NCBI GenBank assembly: GCA_963775425.1
Contig: CAVZJB010000004.1
Location: 192,001-256,000 of the forward strand
Direction: 5' to 3'
From: an uncultured delta proteobacterium
GTDB taxonomy: Bacteria > Myxococcota > UBA727 > VGSZ01
Length of the DNA: 64,000 nucleotides
The notes below the pieces were generated by a model. The model made no database searches. It worked only from the letters and a program-made list of their open reading frames with translations, and had not been told where the DNA came from. Shown in pieces: positions 19,217-28,629 of the stretch (within the stretch, counting starts at the first letter, position 1; each line of letters starts with the position of its first letter). The position numbers and the translations under genes were made by a program.

Positions 19217-19480
19217 AATCTTGGATCGTACGTGGCCCTTGCTCTTGAGGATGATGTCGACGACGGCGCGGTCGAAGAAATTGGTGCGTTCGTACAGCTC
19301 CGGCGACACGCGCGCGCGGTAGAGCTCGCGGCCCTCTTCAATCTCGTCGGAGAGCTCGGTGAACAGCTTGTCCTCGGAGAGCCCGCGGATGATCTTCTCC
19401 TCGTTGTAGAGCGAGATGTCCGACGCGATGGTCCTGGCCAGGCGGATGGCGCGCTCGGGGGTGTCGATGGGTGCTGCCAT
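19210..19480 (-). CDS. Conserved ~90 aa deltaproteobacterial helical protein (RLARxIASDISLYN type)
   Basis: ATG 19480; removing one T at 19215-19221 gives a ..SKIW-stop end; otherwise fused to rluD. Confidence 0.65.
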
Positions 19481-19500
19481 TGTCTCTCCGGTCTCTCGAA

Positions 19501-20619
19501 TCAGGTGGGCGAGCTCATTCCGTGCTTCTCGACGCAAGCGACGTAGCCGTCGGCGAGGCGCGCGCGGTCGACCCGCAAGACGCGCCCGATCTGCGTGAGG
19601 AAGCCGCGCAGGTACACGCGCGCCGGCAGGTTTTGCAGGTCCTGCTCCTCGATGGCCTTCAGGTACGGCTTCCGGATCTTGGTGGCGTCGGCGAGCTGCT
19701 CGAGCGTGAGCCCGCGCGCCTCGCGGAGCGCGCGCACGGCGGCGCCGTCGATGTCGCCCTCGGGGAGGCCGCCCGTCGACGCCGGCGCCGCCCCGGACGG
19801 GCCCGGCATCGCGGCGTCCGGCGGCTGCGTCGCCGACGCCTCCATCGCCGACGCCTCCATGGACACAGGCCGCGGGGCGTCGCGTTGCGCTTGCATGGAG
19901 GGGACGGTGACGGCGTTGTGCGCGTCGTTCATCACCGGCGCGCTGTGCGCCTCCGCCCTTTCGGGCGCGGAGGGCTCGGGGACGGGGGGCCGGTCTTCGG
20001 TCTTTGGGTCCTCGAAGCGGATGGCAGGCGTGGTGGGCTTGGCCGCGAACGGGTCGGACTCGGCGGCGACCGGCGCGAGGAACTTGAGCCCCGGCGACGA
20101 CACGGTGCGCCTGGGCTCCGCGCTGGGCGGCGAGGAGGCCGTCCAATCCGCGACCGCGAGGATCTCGCGGGCCTCGCGGCTCTCCTGATCGTCGAGCGGC
20201 GCGCGCGCGTCCGCCGACGCGCCCGACGACGTCGACGCGGCCTTCGCCGGCTCCTGCTCGGGGCGCTCCGTGCCGGCGTCGGCGGTGCGCGCCGCCGGCG
20301 CGCGGCCCTGCTCGCGCAGCTTGTCGTCGTAGGCGGCGCGGCGCTCGGGATCGCCGAGGACCTGATACGCGGTCTCGACGTCGGCGCGCGCGCTCTCGGC
20401 GGCGACGGGATCGAGCATCAGATACCCGCCGATGTTCCTGCCCTCGACGAGCGCGATGGCGCGGTCGTAAGCGCGCTTCACCTCGGCGGCGGTGGCGTCG
20501 TGCGCGACCTCGAGGACGTCGTACCAGGTGGAGCCGCCGCGCGGACCGTCGGAGACCCGCTGCTCGAGCGTGTCGTCGTCGCGCTCGCCGTTTTCGGCGC
20601 GGTGAGCCGCTTCGGTCAT
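19501..20619 (-). CDS. J-like domain + Pro/Ala linker + XRE/RodZ-type HTH (HTH_25) protein
   Basis: WYDVLEV..EVKRAY..AYQVLGDPERRAAYD; LREARGLTLEQLADATKI..YLKAIE..VYLRGFL; ATGA-coupled to the ATPase. Confidence 0.85.
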   Translation of the reverse strand: MTEAAHRAENGERDDDTLEQRVSDGPRGGSTWYDVLEVAHDATAAEVKRAYDRAIALVEGRNIGGYLMLDPVAAESARADVETAYQVLGDPERRAAYDDKLREQGRAPAARTADAGTERPEQEPAKAASTSSGASADARAPLDDQESREAREILAVADWTASSPPSAEPRRTVSSPGLKFLAPVAAESDPFAAKPTTPAIRFEDPKTEDRPPVPEPSAPERAEAHSAPVMNDAHNAVTVPSMQAQRDAPRPVSMEASAMEASATQPPDAAMPGPSGAAPASTGGLPEGDIDGAAVRALREARGLTLEQLADATKIRKPYLKAIEEQDLQNLPARVYLRGFLTQIGRVLRVDRARLADGYVACVEKHGMSSPT

Positions 20620-21557
20620 GCCGCGCGCTCCGACACGTCGTTGAGGGCGAGCACGCGCGTGGCCAGCTCGTCGATGGCCTTCTTGATCCGCGAGTCCGGC
20701 GCGCACACGCGCAGCGGCTGGCGCATGCGCACCGCGCGGCGCACGGCGTCGTCGTCGGGGAGCGTGCCGAGGACCTCGAGCTGGATGCCGAGGAAGCGAC
20801 GGCACGCGCTGGCCATGTCGGCGGCCACGTGGGAGTCGTCGCCGCCGGCCTCGCCGCGCGCCTGGTTGACGACGAGGCGCGGCCGGAAGCGCGCCATCTG
20901 CTGCTGCACCTGCTTGCCGAGCTCGGGGTCTCGCTCGGAGACCGCGCGCAGCAGGTCGGCGGGGGTGTGGATGTTGAGCTTGTTGCGCTGGGCGCGCGCC
21001 TCGTCGACGAGGTCCTTGATGCCGAACGCCTTCTCCACCACCGCGAGGCGGCGGAAGAATGCGGCTTTCAGGAAGCGATAGGCGTTCTCCACGCTGGTGG
21101 GCTCCGGAAGAACGACGAGGATGCCGCAAGACGCGATGAGAAAGAAATCGAGCGTGTTGAAACCGGTGCCGGCGCCGAGGTCGAGGACGAGAAAGTCGGT
21201 GTCGAAAGTAGACAGGTTGCGCAGCAGGCGCATCTTGGACTGGTGCTGCGGGTTGGCCGCGCCGACGTCGTCGAGCGCACCGGAGATGAAGCGCAGGTTG
21301 GCGAAGGGCGTGGTGACGGCGAGCTGGTCGAGGTCCGCCTTGCGCTCGAGGAAATCCGACAAGGAGACCAGGGGTGCGGGAAGGCCGAGGACCGTATGGG
21401 CGTTGGCCCCACCGAGGTCGGCGTCGACGAGGAGCACCCGGTGCCCCGCGTCCGCCAGCGCGAGGGACAAGTTTGCAGAGAGCAGAGTCTTTCCGACCCC
21501 GCCCTTGCCGCCGCCCACAGCGACAATCTGGGGTGTCCCTTTCCGGCCGTCGGCCAT
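20616..21557 (-). CDS. MinD/FlhG-family P-loop ATPase
   Basis: Deviant Walker A GGKGGVGKT, DADLGGAN, LDLGAG, PEPTSVENAY. Confidence 0.92.
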   Translation of the reverse strand: MADGRKGTPQIVAVGGGKGGVGKTLLSANLSLALADAGHRVLLVDADLGGANAHTVLGLPAPLVSLSDFLERKADLDQLAVTTPFANLRFISGALDDVGAANPQHQSKMRLLRNLSTFDTDFLVLDLGAGTGFNTLDFFLIASCGILVVLPEPTSVENAYRFLKAAFFRRLAVVEKAFGIKDLVDEARAQRNKLNIHTPADLLRAVSERDPELGKQVQQQMARFRPRLVVNQARGEAGGDDSHVAADMASACRRFLGIQLEVLGTLPDDDAVRRAVRMRQPLRVCAPDSRIKKAIDELATRVLALNDVSERAA

Positions 21558-21617
21558 GGGCGGAAGTCTAGCGGGTAGGGCCGTGTGAGATCACGAAAAC
21601 CGGTCGTCTTGGGGACA

Positions 21618-21647
21618 CCCCTCGGCCGCCGTCAGGCAGCCGAGGGG
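21618..21647 (-). terminator. Possible hairpin after the HNH gene
   Basis: CCCCTCGGC..GCCGAGGGG 9 bp inverted repeat; no clear U-tract. Confidence 0.3.
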
Positions 21648-21654
21648 GCCGTTG

Positions 21655-22296
21655 TCATTCCGTGTCGTCCACGAGCTCCGTGTTCCAGTACGCGGCGGTG
21701 GCCGGGTCCAGGAAGGGGAGCCACTCCTTGTAGGGCACGCGCCCGAAGGAGGGTGTGAGCGACGACCACGTGGGGCGCCGCGGCTCCTTGTGCAGCCGCA
21801 TGCCCGCCTGCTCCGGCGAGCGCCCGCCCTTGGTGAGGTTGCAGCGGACGCAGGAGCAGACCACGTTCTCCCACGAGGTCCTGCCGCCCTGGGAGCGGGG
21901 CACCACGTGGTCGAGGTTGAGCTGGCTGCGCGGCAGGTTGCGCCCGCAGTACTGGCACGTGAAGGAGTCCCGCAGGTAGATGTTCTGCCGCGAGAACCGG
22001 ACATGGGTCCGGGGCATGCGGTCATACACCTGAAGGACGATCACGCGCGGCACCTTGAGCACCATCCGCGGCGTGTGCACGACGTCGTCACCGAGCTCGT
22101 GCGACAGCTCCGCCCACGACTCGAAGTCGAACGAGCGGAACTCGCCGTCGAGCGCCCGCGCGGCCCCGGAGAAGAGCAGGCCGAACGCGCGCTGCGCGCG
22201 GGTGACCGCGACGGGCTGGAAGGTCTTGTTCAGCACGAGAACGCGCGCCTCGAGGCCCTTCGAGACACCCATCTTCGTCAGAGTCATCGAGGTCAT
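21655..22296 (-). CDS. HNH endonuclease (McrA-like, housekeeping-type)
   Basis: VLVLN, RD.FTCQYCG, LDHVVPRSQGG, WENVVCSCVRCN..KG; start could be 22296, 22287 or 22272. Confidence 0.9.
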   Translation of the reverse strand: MTSMTLTKMGVSKGLEARVLVLNKTFQPVAVTRAQRAFGLLFSGAARALDGEFRSFDFESWAELSHELGDDVVHTPRMVLKVPRVIVLQVYDRMPRTHVRFSRQNIYLRDSFTCQYCGRNLPRSQLNLDHVVPRSQGGRTSWENVVCSCVRCNLTKGGRSPEQAGMRLHKEPRRPTWSSLTPSFGRVPYKEWLPFLDPATAAYWNTELVDDTE

Positions 22297-22438
22297 GGCA
22301 TCACCCCATCCAATGCGAGAAACGATGTAGGTGCCACGCAGACGCTCCAGACTCCGGTCGTGTTCAAAGTAAGTCGGCTCGAAAGTAGCTACCATCCTAC
22401 CGTCCCCGGTCACGGCTTGCCATTCGGGCCCCGTTCAC

Positions 22439-24574
22439 ATGCTCGACACGCTCGCGTCACAATCCGCACTCGTCGCCGTCATCGTGGCGGTGGCCACGAC
22501 GATTGCGCTGCTTTTGCGCGCGTCCCGGCCGCTGACGGTTCGATTCGCCGCGTTCGCCTGGAGCACCGCGGCATATTACGCGGGCGTCCTCGGCACGGCG
22601 CTGTCCGGCGATCGCCTGGTGATGCTGTCGGCGCGGGTGATCTCCGCCGGCTTCATCGTCATCACCGCCACCATCTTCTTCGACGCCATCCTCGGCGAGG
22701 TGAGCGGCGTGGCGCGCCGTCGGCGGCGCCTGCCGTTCGCGCTCGGCGCGCTGGTGATCGTCGTCGGCGCCACGCCTGCCGTGAGGCTGCCGTGGGTGAG
22801 CTTCGCGTGCGCGGCCGTGGTGTTCGCGATGCTGGTGTTGCGCGTGCGCGGCGTCCTCGCCCGCGCGGCCGGCGTCGACTCGGCGGCGGAGCGCACGCGC
22901 CTGCGCTACCTCGGCGTCGGCGGGCTGATCGCGCTGTCGGGCACGCTGCTCGATCTCGGCGCGGTGCTCGGCGTGGGCACGCCGGCCGTCGGCGGCATCG
23001 TCGTCGCCGTCTACATCTACTTCATCTCGCAGGCGCTGCTCGTGAGCCGCCTGCTCGACCTGCACGAGCTGCTCGGCAAGGCGCTGGTGTTCGGCACGCT
23101 GGCGCTGCTCCTCGCCATCGTCTACGGCGCGCTCAACGTGTGGATCGGTGATCGGCGCGGCCTGTTCCTCTCGAACACGCTGGTGGCGTCGTCGTTGATC
23201 CTCATCCTCTTCGAGCCGGCCAAGGCCACGCTCGAGGAGGCGGCGGCGCGCATCTTCTTTCGCGAGCAGCTCACGTTCGCGCGCGGGCTGCGCCGCCTGG
23301 TCCGCGACCTGCAGACCGTCATCGAATTGCCCGCCGCCATCAGCCAGGCGCTCGACGAGATCTACGACAGCAAGCGCGCGACGCACGCGAGCGTCTACCT
23401 CCTCGAGCGCGACGGCATGGGCTTCGTGCTGAACGGCTACCGGGGCCCTGCCCCGATCAAGCTCCTCGACGCCAAGGCGCACCCGGGCGTGTTCGCACAC
23501 CTGCTGAAGCTGCAGACGCCCATCCTGCGCGAGGCGGTGGCGCGACGGGTGGGCGAGCCCGCGGCCCGGAAGGAGGCGCTGACGGCGGAGCAGAAGGCGA
23601 CGCCGACGTCGCAGGACGAGGCGCTCCTGCGCGGCCTCGACGTGTTGAAGGCCGATCTCGTGGTGCCGTTGCGCACGCAGGGCGGCGTCGTGGGCCTGTT
23701 GTGTCTGCGCGACGAGCGGCTCGCCGACGCGTTCGCCTCCGACGAGATCGCGGCGCTCATCGAGGTCGGCGACCAGCTCGCCATCACCATCGAGAACTCG
23801 CGCTTGTTCGGCCTGCTGCGCGAGCGCGATCGGCTGGCGGCGCTCGGCGAGATGTCGGCGGGCCTCGCGCACGAGATCCGGAATCCGCTCGCGGCCATCA
23901 AGGGCGCCGCGCAGGAGCTCGACCCGGCGCGCATCGGCGGCGACGACGGCGAGCTCATGCAGATCATCATCGACGAGGTGAACCGCCTGAACACCGTCGT
24001 CGTGGAATTCCTCGACTACGCCCGGCCCTTCCGGGGCACCTTCGTCTCGCTCTCGGTGAACGACGCGGTGAAGCGTACCGCGCAACTCATGCAACACGAC
24101 CTGCAGGACACCGAGATCGTCCTCGACCTCGCCGACGAGCTCCCCGACGTGAGCGGTGACGCCGAACGCCTGCAGCAGGTCATCATCAACCTCATCCTGA
24201 ACGCCGCCGACTCCATGGGGCGCAAGGGACGCATCACGCTGTCGACCAAGAAGAGCGCCGACCTCACCGACACCGCGTTGTGGACGCTCAAGGAGCCCAA
24301 GCAATTCGTCGAGGTGCGCGTGCGCGACGAGGGCCCGGGCATCTCCTCCACGCTCCTCGATCGAATCTTCATCCCGTTCTTCACCACCAAGGTGCGCGGC
24401 ACCGGCCTCGGCCTCGCCTTGTGCCAGCGCATCGTGCAGCACCACGGTGGCAGCCTCGAGGTGCGCTCCGTCGAGGGTCACGGCGCCACGTTCGTCATCC
24501 GCCTCCCCGCCCTGCCGCACAAAAAGCGTGAGAGCGACGCGCCGCCGGCCCAAAACGAAGCCGCGGCCCAGTGA
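22439..24574 (+). CDS. Multi-TM GAF sensor histidine kinase (NtrB/PrsK-like)
   Basis: About 9 hydrophobic helices, GAF, AHEIRNPL, NLILNA, DEGPGI, PFFTTK, GTGLGL. Confidence 0.92.
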   Translation: MLDTLASQSALVAVIVAVATTIALLLRASRPLTVRFAAFAWSTAAYYAGVLGTALSGDRLVMLSARVISAGFIVITATIFFDAILGEVSGVARRRRRLPFALGALVIVVGATPAVRLPWVSFACAAVVFAMLVLRVRGVLARAAGVDSAAERTRLRYLGVGGLIALSGTLLDLGAVLGVGTPAVGGIVVAVYIYFISQALLVSRLLDLHELLGKALVFGTLALLLAIVYGALNVWIGDRRGLFLSNTLVASSLILILFEPAKATLEEAAARIFFREQLTFARGLRRLVRDLQTVIELPAAISQALDEIYDSKRATHASVYLLERDGMGFVLNGYRGPAPIKLLDAKAHPGVFAHLLKLQTPILREAVARRVGEPAARKEALTAEQKATPTSQDEALLRGLDVLKADLVVPLRTQGGVVGLLCLRDERLADAFASDEIAALIEVGDQLAITIENSRLFGLLRERDRLAALGEMSAGLAHEIRNPLAAIKGAAQELDPARIGGDDGELMQIIIDEVNRLNTVVVEFLDYARPFRGTFVSLSVNDAVKRTAQLMQHDLQDTEIVLDLADELPDVSGDAERLQQVIINLILNAADSMGRKGRITLSTKKSADLTDTALWTLKEPKQFVEVRVRDEGPGISSTLLDRIFIPFFTTKVRGTGLGLALCQRIVQHHGGSLEVRSVEGHGATFVIRLPALPHKKRESDAPPAQNEAAAQ

Positions 24575-24679
24575 GCCTCGACGACGCGGCGCGCGCGGCA
24601 AGCGCCGCCCGCACGTCGTCGATGCGCACGAAGCGGCGGGCGTGCCGGCACTGACCCTATTCCGCTATGCGGATCACTT

Positions 24680-25384
24680 CTAGGCTCCGAGGCGCGCGCG
24701 GACGGCACGTGCGACGGCGAGCGCGCCCGGCGTGTCGCCGTGGACGCACAGCGTGTCGATGCCGCCGCCCGCCACCACCGCCGCCGCCTGCGCCGCCGCC
24801 GCCGCCGGATCTTCGATGACGGCGCCCGGCATACCGCGCGGGATGAGCGAGCCGTCGTCGCGCATGCCTCGATCCGCGAAGCCCTCGGCGACGACGGGCA
24901 CGCCCGCGCGCTCGCAGCGCTCCCGCGTGGGCGCGCCCGCCGGCAGCACCAACGCGACGCCCGACGGCAGAGCGCCGCGCACGGCCGCGACGAGCGCGCC
25001 GGCGACGGCCGGGTCGCGCGCGGCGTCGTGGTAGAGCGCGCCGTGGGGCTTCACGTGTGTCAGCGCGACGCCGGCGGCGCCCGCGATCCGCGCAAGCGCG
25101 TCGATCTGCTCGCGCACGGCGCGCTCGAGCTCCCCCGCAGGCATCGCCATCGACACGCGACCGAAGCCGGCGCGATCGGGGTAGCTCGGGTGCGCGCCGA
25201 CGGCGACGCCGTGCCGCACGCACTGCGCCACCGTGGCGCGCATGGTCTCGTCGTCGCCGGCGTGGCCGCCGCAGGCGACGTTGGCCTCGTCGACCAGCGC
25301 GATGAGCGCCTCCTGCGTGCCGTCCACGACGGCGCGCGGGTCCTCGCCCAGATCGGCGTTCAGCCGCACGGCGCGCAACCTCAT
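24680..25384 (-). CDS. pxpA: 5-oxoprolinase subunit A (LamB/YcsF)
   Basis: LNADLGE, NVACGGHAGD, GAHPSYPD, HVKPHGALY, TLCVHGD. Confidence 0.92.
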   Translation of the reverse strand: MRLRAVRLNADLGEDPRAVVDGTQEALIALVDEANVACGGHAGDDETMRATVAQCVRHGVAVGAHPSYPDRAGFGRVSMAMPAGELERAVREQIDALARIAGAAGVALTHVKPHGALYHDAARDPAVAGALVAAVRGALPSGVALVLPAGAPTRERCERAGVPVVAEGFADRGMRDDGSLIPRGMPGAVIEDPAAAAAQAAAVVAGGGIDTLCVHGDTPGALAVARAVRARLGA

Positions 25385-25442
25385 CGAGGGCACGGCGCGC
25401 TCGCGTCGCTGCAGTCGATCCGGCGCGCGGTGAACGCGCGCA

Positions 25443-26330
25443 TCACGGCCGCTCTTCCCCGGCGTGCTCCTGGAGGAACGCGGCGCGCGCCTCGTCGACG
25501 GTGACGCGGCAGAAGCGCACACGGGCGCCGGGGCGGAGCTGGCCGAGACGCCACTGGTCGGCGCTGATCACGTTCGCGATCTTCGCATACCCGCCGGTGG
25601 CGCACCGATCGACGCCGAGGACGATCGGCTGGCCCGAGGGCGGCACCTGCACCGCGCCGGCGTTGGCGCCCTCGGTGAGGATCTCGCGCCCGCCCTCGAC
25701 CGGCGCGCCCTCGAGGCGCGCGCCCCGCCGGTCGGAGTCGCGCCCGACGATGAAGGCGCCCTCGAGGAGCGCCGCCCACGCCGCCGCGGGGAACGGCTGG
25801 GGCCCCGCGACCACGCGCAGCACGGCGTCTTCGAGCGCGGCCCACGCGTCGACGCTGCCGTCGACGCCGCCGGCGGCCGCGTGCGTGCTCGCGCGCGAAC
25901 GGGACCCGACGCGCAGCACGTCCCCGACCCGCAGCGCGCTGCCGGCGGCCGCGTCGAGGCCGCCGGCGAAGGCGACGGCGGCGCGCAGCCCGCTCCTGCA
26001 GATGCCGAGGCGCAGCAGGTCGCCCGGCTGCAGCAGGAGCGGCCGGCCGAGCGCCACGGCCTCCGCGCCCGCCGCCGCGCGCTCGATCGACACGGGGAAC
26101 GGAGCGCCTGCGACGCAGAGCTCGACCGTGGCGCGCGCGCGCAGCACGGGACCACCGAGCACGCACTCGAGGCCCAGCGCGCCCGCGGCGTTTCCGAGCA
26201 CGCCGTTGGCGAGCGCGAGCGCGCGGGGGTCGGCCGCGCCGCCGACCGAGAAGCCGCGGTGCGCGCGCCCCCGCACCGGACCGCCCTGCACCGTCGTCGC
26301 CGGCCCGGGCTTCACCACCTCGAGGGTCAC
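25443..26330 (-). CDS. pxpC: 5-oxoprolinase subunit C (AHS2/carboxyltransferase)
   Basis: GPATTVQ, DRRGARL, GAVQVPPSGQPIVL, TGGYAKIA; GTGA overlap with the upstream lipoprotein. Confidence 0.88.
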   Translation of the reverse strand: MTLEVVKPGPATTVQGGPVRGRAHRGFSVGGAADPRALALANGVLGNAAGALGLECVLGGPVLRARATVELCVAGAPFPVSIERAAAGAEAVALGRPLLLQPGDLLRLGICRSGLRAAVAFAGGLDAAAGSALRVGDVLRVGSRSRASTHAAAGGVDGSVDAWAALEDAVLRVVAGPQPFPAAAWAALLEGAFIVGRDSDRRGARLEGAPVEGGREILTEGANAGAVQVPPSGQPIVLGVDRCATGGYAKIANVISADQWRLGQLRPGARVRFCRVTVDEARAAFLQEHAGEERP

Positions 26331-27832
26331 GGCAGGCACACCGCGCTCGTGTCGCACAACTGCAAGGCCAGGCTCGCCCCGGACTCGTCGAGCGTGGAGT
26401 TGCTGCGGGCGACGACGTCGTGGTCGGTGTTCCCCGAGAAGGTGGAGGACGCGACGTTGGCGAAGGCGCCGCCCTCGACGTCGAGCCCGGTGGTGTTGCT
26501 CGTGAAGACGCACGTGGTGAGCTCGGCGACGGAGCTCTGGACCACGGCGACGCCCACCACGCTCCCGGTGACGACGCACGCCCCTGACTCGACGGTGCCG
26601 CCGCGGTCGACGATGAAGCCGTCGGCGCTGTTGCCGAGGGACTGTGCGTTCTGCGCCACGAGGCGGCTGGCGATGACGTTGTAGCCGACCCTGTTGTTCC
26701 GCGAGGTCATGCCGTCGGCGAACGCGAGGGAGCCGTCGATGACGACGACGCCGATGTTGAACCCCTGCACGACGACGTCGGCGGCGATGGAGGCGGTGGA
26801 ACGCGAGGCCACGGCGACGCCGATGCTCGCGGGCGCGTCGTTGCCTTCGATGGTGAGCGAGCTCAACAGGCCAAGCCGTGTGCCGTCGACGACGATGCCG
26901 CTGGTGCTCGTGAAGTGCAGCACGGCGCCGTCATCGCCGACGATGTGGATGTGCTGCGCGTCCTGACGCGTGATGCGCACCTCGGCAGGCTCGTTGTGCA
27001 CGCCCGCGGCGACGCGAACCGTGACGTCGGCGTCGAGCGATATCCCGTCGAGGGACGCGAGCGCCGCCGCCACCGTGGGGAAGTCGCCCGGAACGTTCAG
27101 GACGCTCGACGCGTCGATGTGCGTGGCCACCGGTCGCCCGCCGACGTCGAGCGCGGGCGCCGCCAGCGGTTGCGAAGCGGTGCACGTCCCGCTCGTACAG
27201 TCGAAGACCCCGTCGCCGCCGCACACGTCGCGGGTGTCCGTGACCTCGGCGGCGTCGAGCACCCCGTTGCCGTCGGCGTCGACACCGAACGCGAGGCCGA
27301 GCCCGCCGTTCGGGCAGCTCGTCGGGTCGCGCGGCTCGACCAGGGTGGCCGGCCCCGGCTCGCCCTGCAGCAGGAACACCTCGGCGGTGGCCGGGAACGC
27401 GGCGGCGAGCGTGAGGGTGAACAGCCCCGGCGCGATGCTCGAGGGAAGGGTGAGCCTCATGGTCTCTCCGTCGATGGCGGTGATTGCGAGCGGGACGCGC
27501 CGGTGGGCGGCGTCACTGAGGAATGCGCCGGTGACGACGTCGAGGTGCGCGCCGCGCACGATCATGGCGCCGCGCGTGCGGTGCGCCGCGGCCACGCCGG
27601 CGGGCGCGGCGGACGCGAGGGGCAGCGCGCTGCCGTCGCCGTCGATGCCGTCGATGCGCGGCCGCGGCGCCTCGACGCCCGGGCCCGCGTCGCGGGCCTC
27701 TTCGGGGACGCACGCGCCGTCGAAGCACGAAAAGCCCGCCGCGCATTCGGCGTCGCCGCACACGGGCGCCGGTGGACACCCGGCGGCGAGCGCGGCGAAG
27801 AGCGGTGCGACGAGAGCGGTCGGGCGGCGCAC
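26327..27832 (-). CDS. Lipoprotein with Ig-like region, CPNGG..GVDADGNGVLD motif and right-handed beta-helix
   Basis: Lipobox LAAGC; VPGDFPTVAAAL..VRVAAGVH beta-helix entry motif; repeated NxxG/F-rich turns. Confidence 0.75.
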   Translation of the reverse strand: MRRPTALVAPLFAALAAGCPPAPVCGDAECAAGFSCFDGACVPEEARDAGPGVEAPRPRIDGIDGDGSALPLASAAPAGVAAAHRTRGAMIVRGAHLDVVTGAFLSDAAHRRVPLAITAIDGETMRLTLPSSIAPGLFTLTLAAAFPATAEVFLLQGEPGPATLVEPRDPTSCPNGGLGLAFGVDADGNGVLDAAEVTDTRDVCGGDGVFDCTSGTCTASQPLAAPALDVGGRPVATHIDASSVLNVPGDFPTVAAALASLDGISLDADVTVRVAAGVHNEPAEVRITRQDAQHIHIVGDDGAVLHFTSTSGIVVDGTRLGLLSSLTIEGNDAPASIGVAVASRSTASIAADVVVQGFNIGVVVIDGSLAFADGMTSRNNRVGYNVIASRLVAQNAQSLGNSADGFIVDRGGTVESGACVVTGSVVGVAVVQSSVAELTTCVFTSNTTGLDVEGGAFANVASSTFSGNTDHDVVARSNSTLDESGASLALQLCDTSAVCLP

Positions 27833-27923
27833 CGCGCGATCCTCGCACAGCGCGGCGACCCCGTGAGCGCCGGGAGCGACGCGTCCCGTCGTGGGGCCCG
27901 CGCTGCCCCGTCGTGGCGGTGCC

Positions 27924-28568
27924 TCAGGAGGCGGCGGTGAACCGCACCGCGTCGCCCGGGTCGACCCAATCGGGCGTAAGCACACGCTCGGTGTGGCCGA
28001 GGATGCGCCAACCGCCCGGGGACGCCGCCGGGTACACCGCCGCCTGCGCGGCCGCGACGGCCACGGCGCCCGCGGGCACGCGCGGGCGCGGCACATCGAG
28101 GCGCGGCACCGCGAGGCGCGCGTCGAGCCCGAGCAGGTACGCGAAGCCGGGCATGAAGCCGAGGAACGCCACCGTGTAGGCGGCCGCCGTGTGGCGCGCG
28201 ACGACGTCGTCGATGGTGAGGCCCGTGTGCTCCGCGACGAAGGCGAGGTCGGCGCCGTCGTAGCGCACGGGGACGGTGACCGTCTTCCCGGGCGCGCGCC
28301 CCGGCGCCATGCGCAGCGACGGATCCGGGGCGACGGCGGCCGAGGAGGCGAGCGCGGCCACGTGGGCCTCGACCGCGGCGTGATCCACCGCGGCGAGGTC
28401 GAAGTCCACGAGCACCGACGCGTACGCCGGGTGCAGGTCGAGGAGCCACGGGGGCGGCGACGCCGACAACGCGCGAAACAGAGCGTGCACCCGCGCGCTC
28501 GCGTCCATCGACGCCTCGCCCGCGACGACGACGAGCAGCGACGTGTCCGAGGCGGCGACGAAGCGCAT
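27924..28568 (-). CDS. pxpB: 5-oxoprolinase subunit B (AHS1)
   Basis: PAYASVLV, VPVRYDGADL, GFMPGFAYL, SPGGWRILGHT. Confidence 0.92.
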   Translation of the reverse strand: MRFVAASDTSLLVVVAGEASMDASARVHALFRALSASPPPWLLDLHPAYASVLVDFDLAAVDHAAVEAHVAALASSAAVAPDPSLRMAPGRAPGKTVTVPVRYDGADLAFVAEHTGLTIDDVVARHTAAAYTVAFLGFMPGFAYLLGLDARLAVPRLDVPRPRVPAGAVAVAAAQAAVYPAASPGGWRILGHTERVLTPDWVDPGDAVRFTAAS

Positions 28569-28629
28569 CGGCGAGAGCTTAGAGCGCCGGCGGGATCGGC
28601 GCGAGGGCGCCCGTGCGATACAAGGCCGC

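Noticed and set aside
21584-21595. TGTGAGATCACG as a CRP/MrpC site
   Set aside because: Half-site spacing is 2 bp rather than 6
21655-22296. HNH nuclease as a defence or mobile element
   Set aside because: Matches the widespread stand-alone type; no methylase, ATPase partner or mobility genes; normal composition
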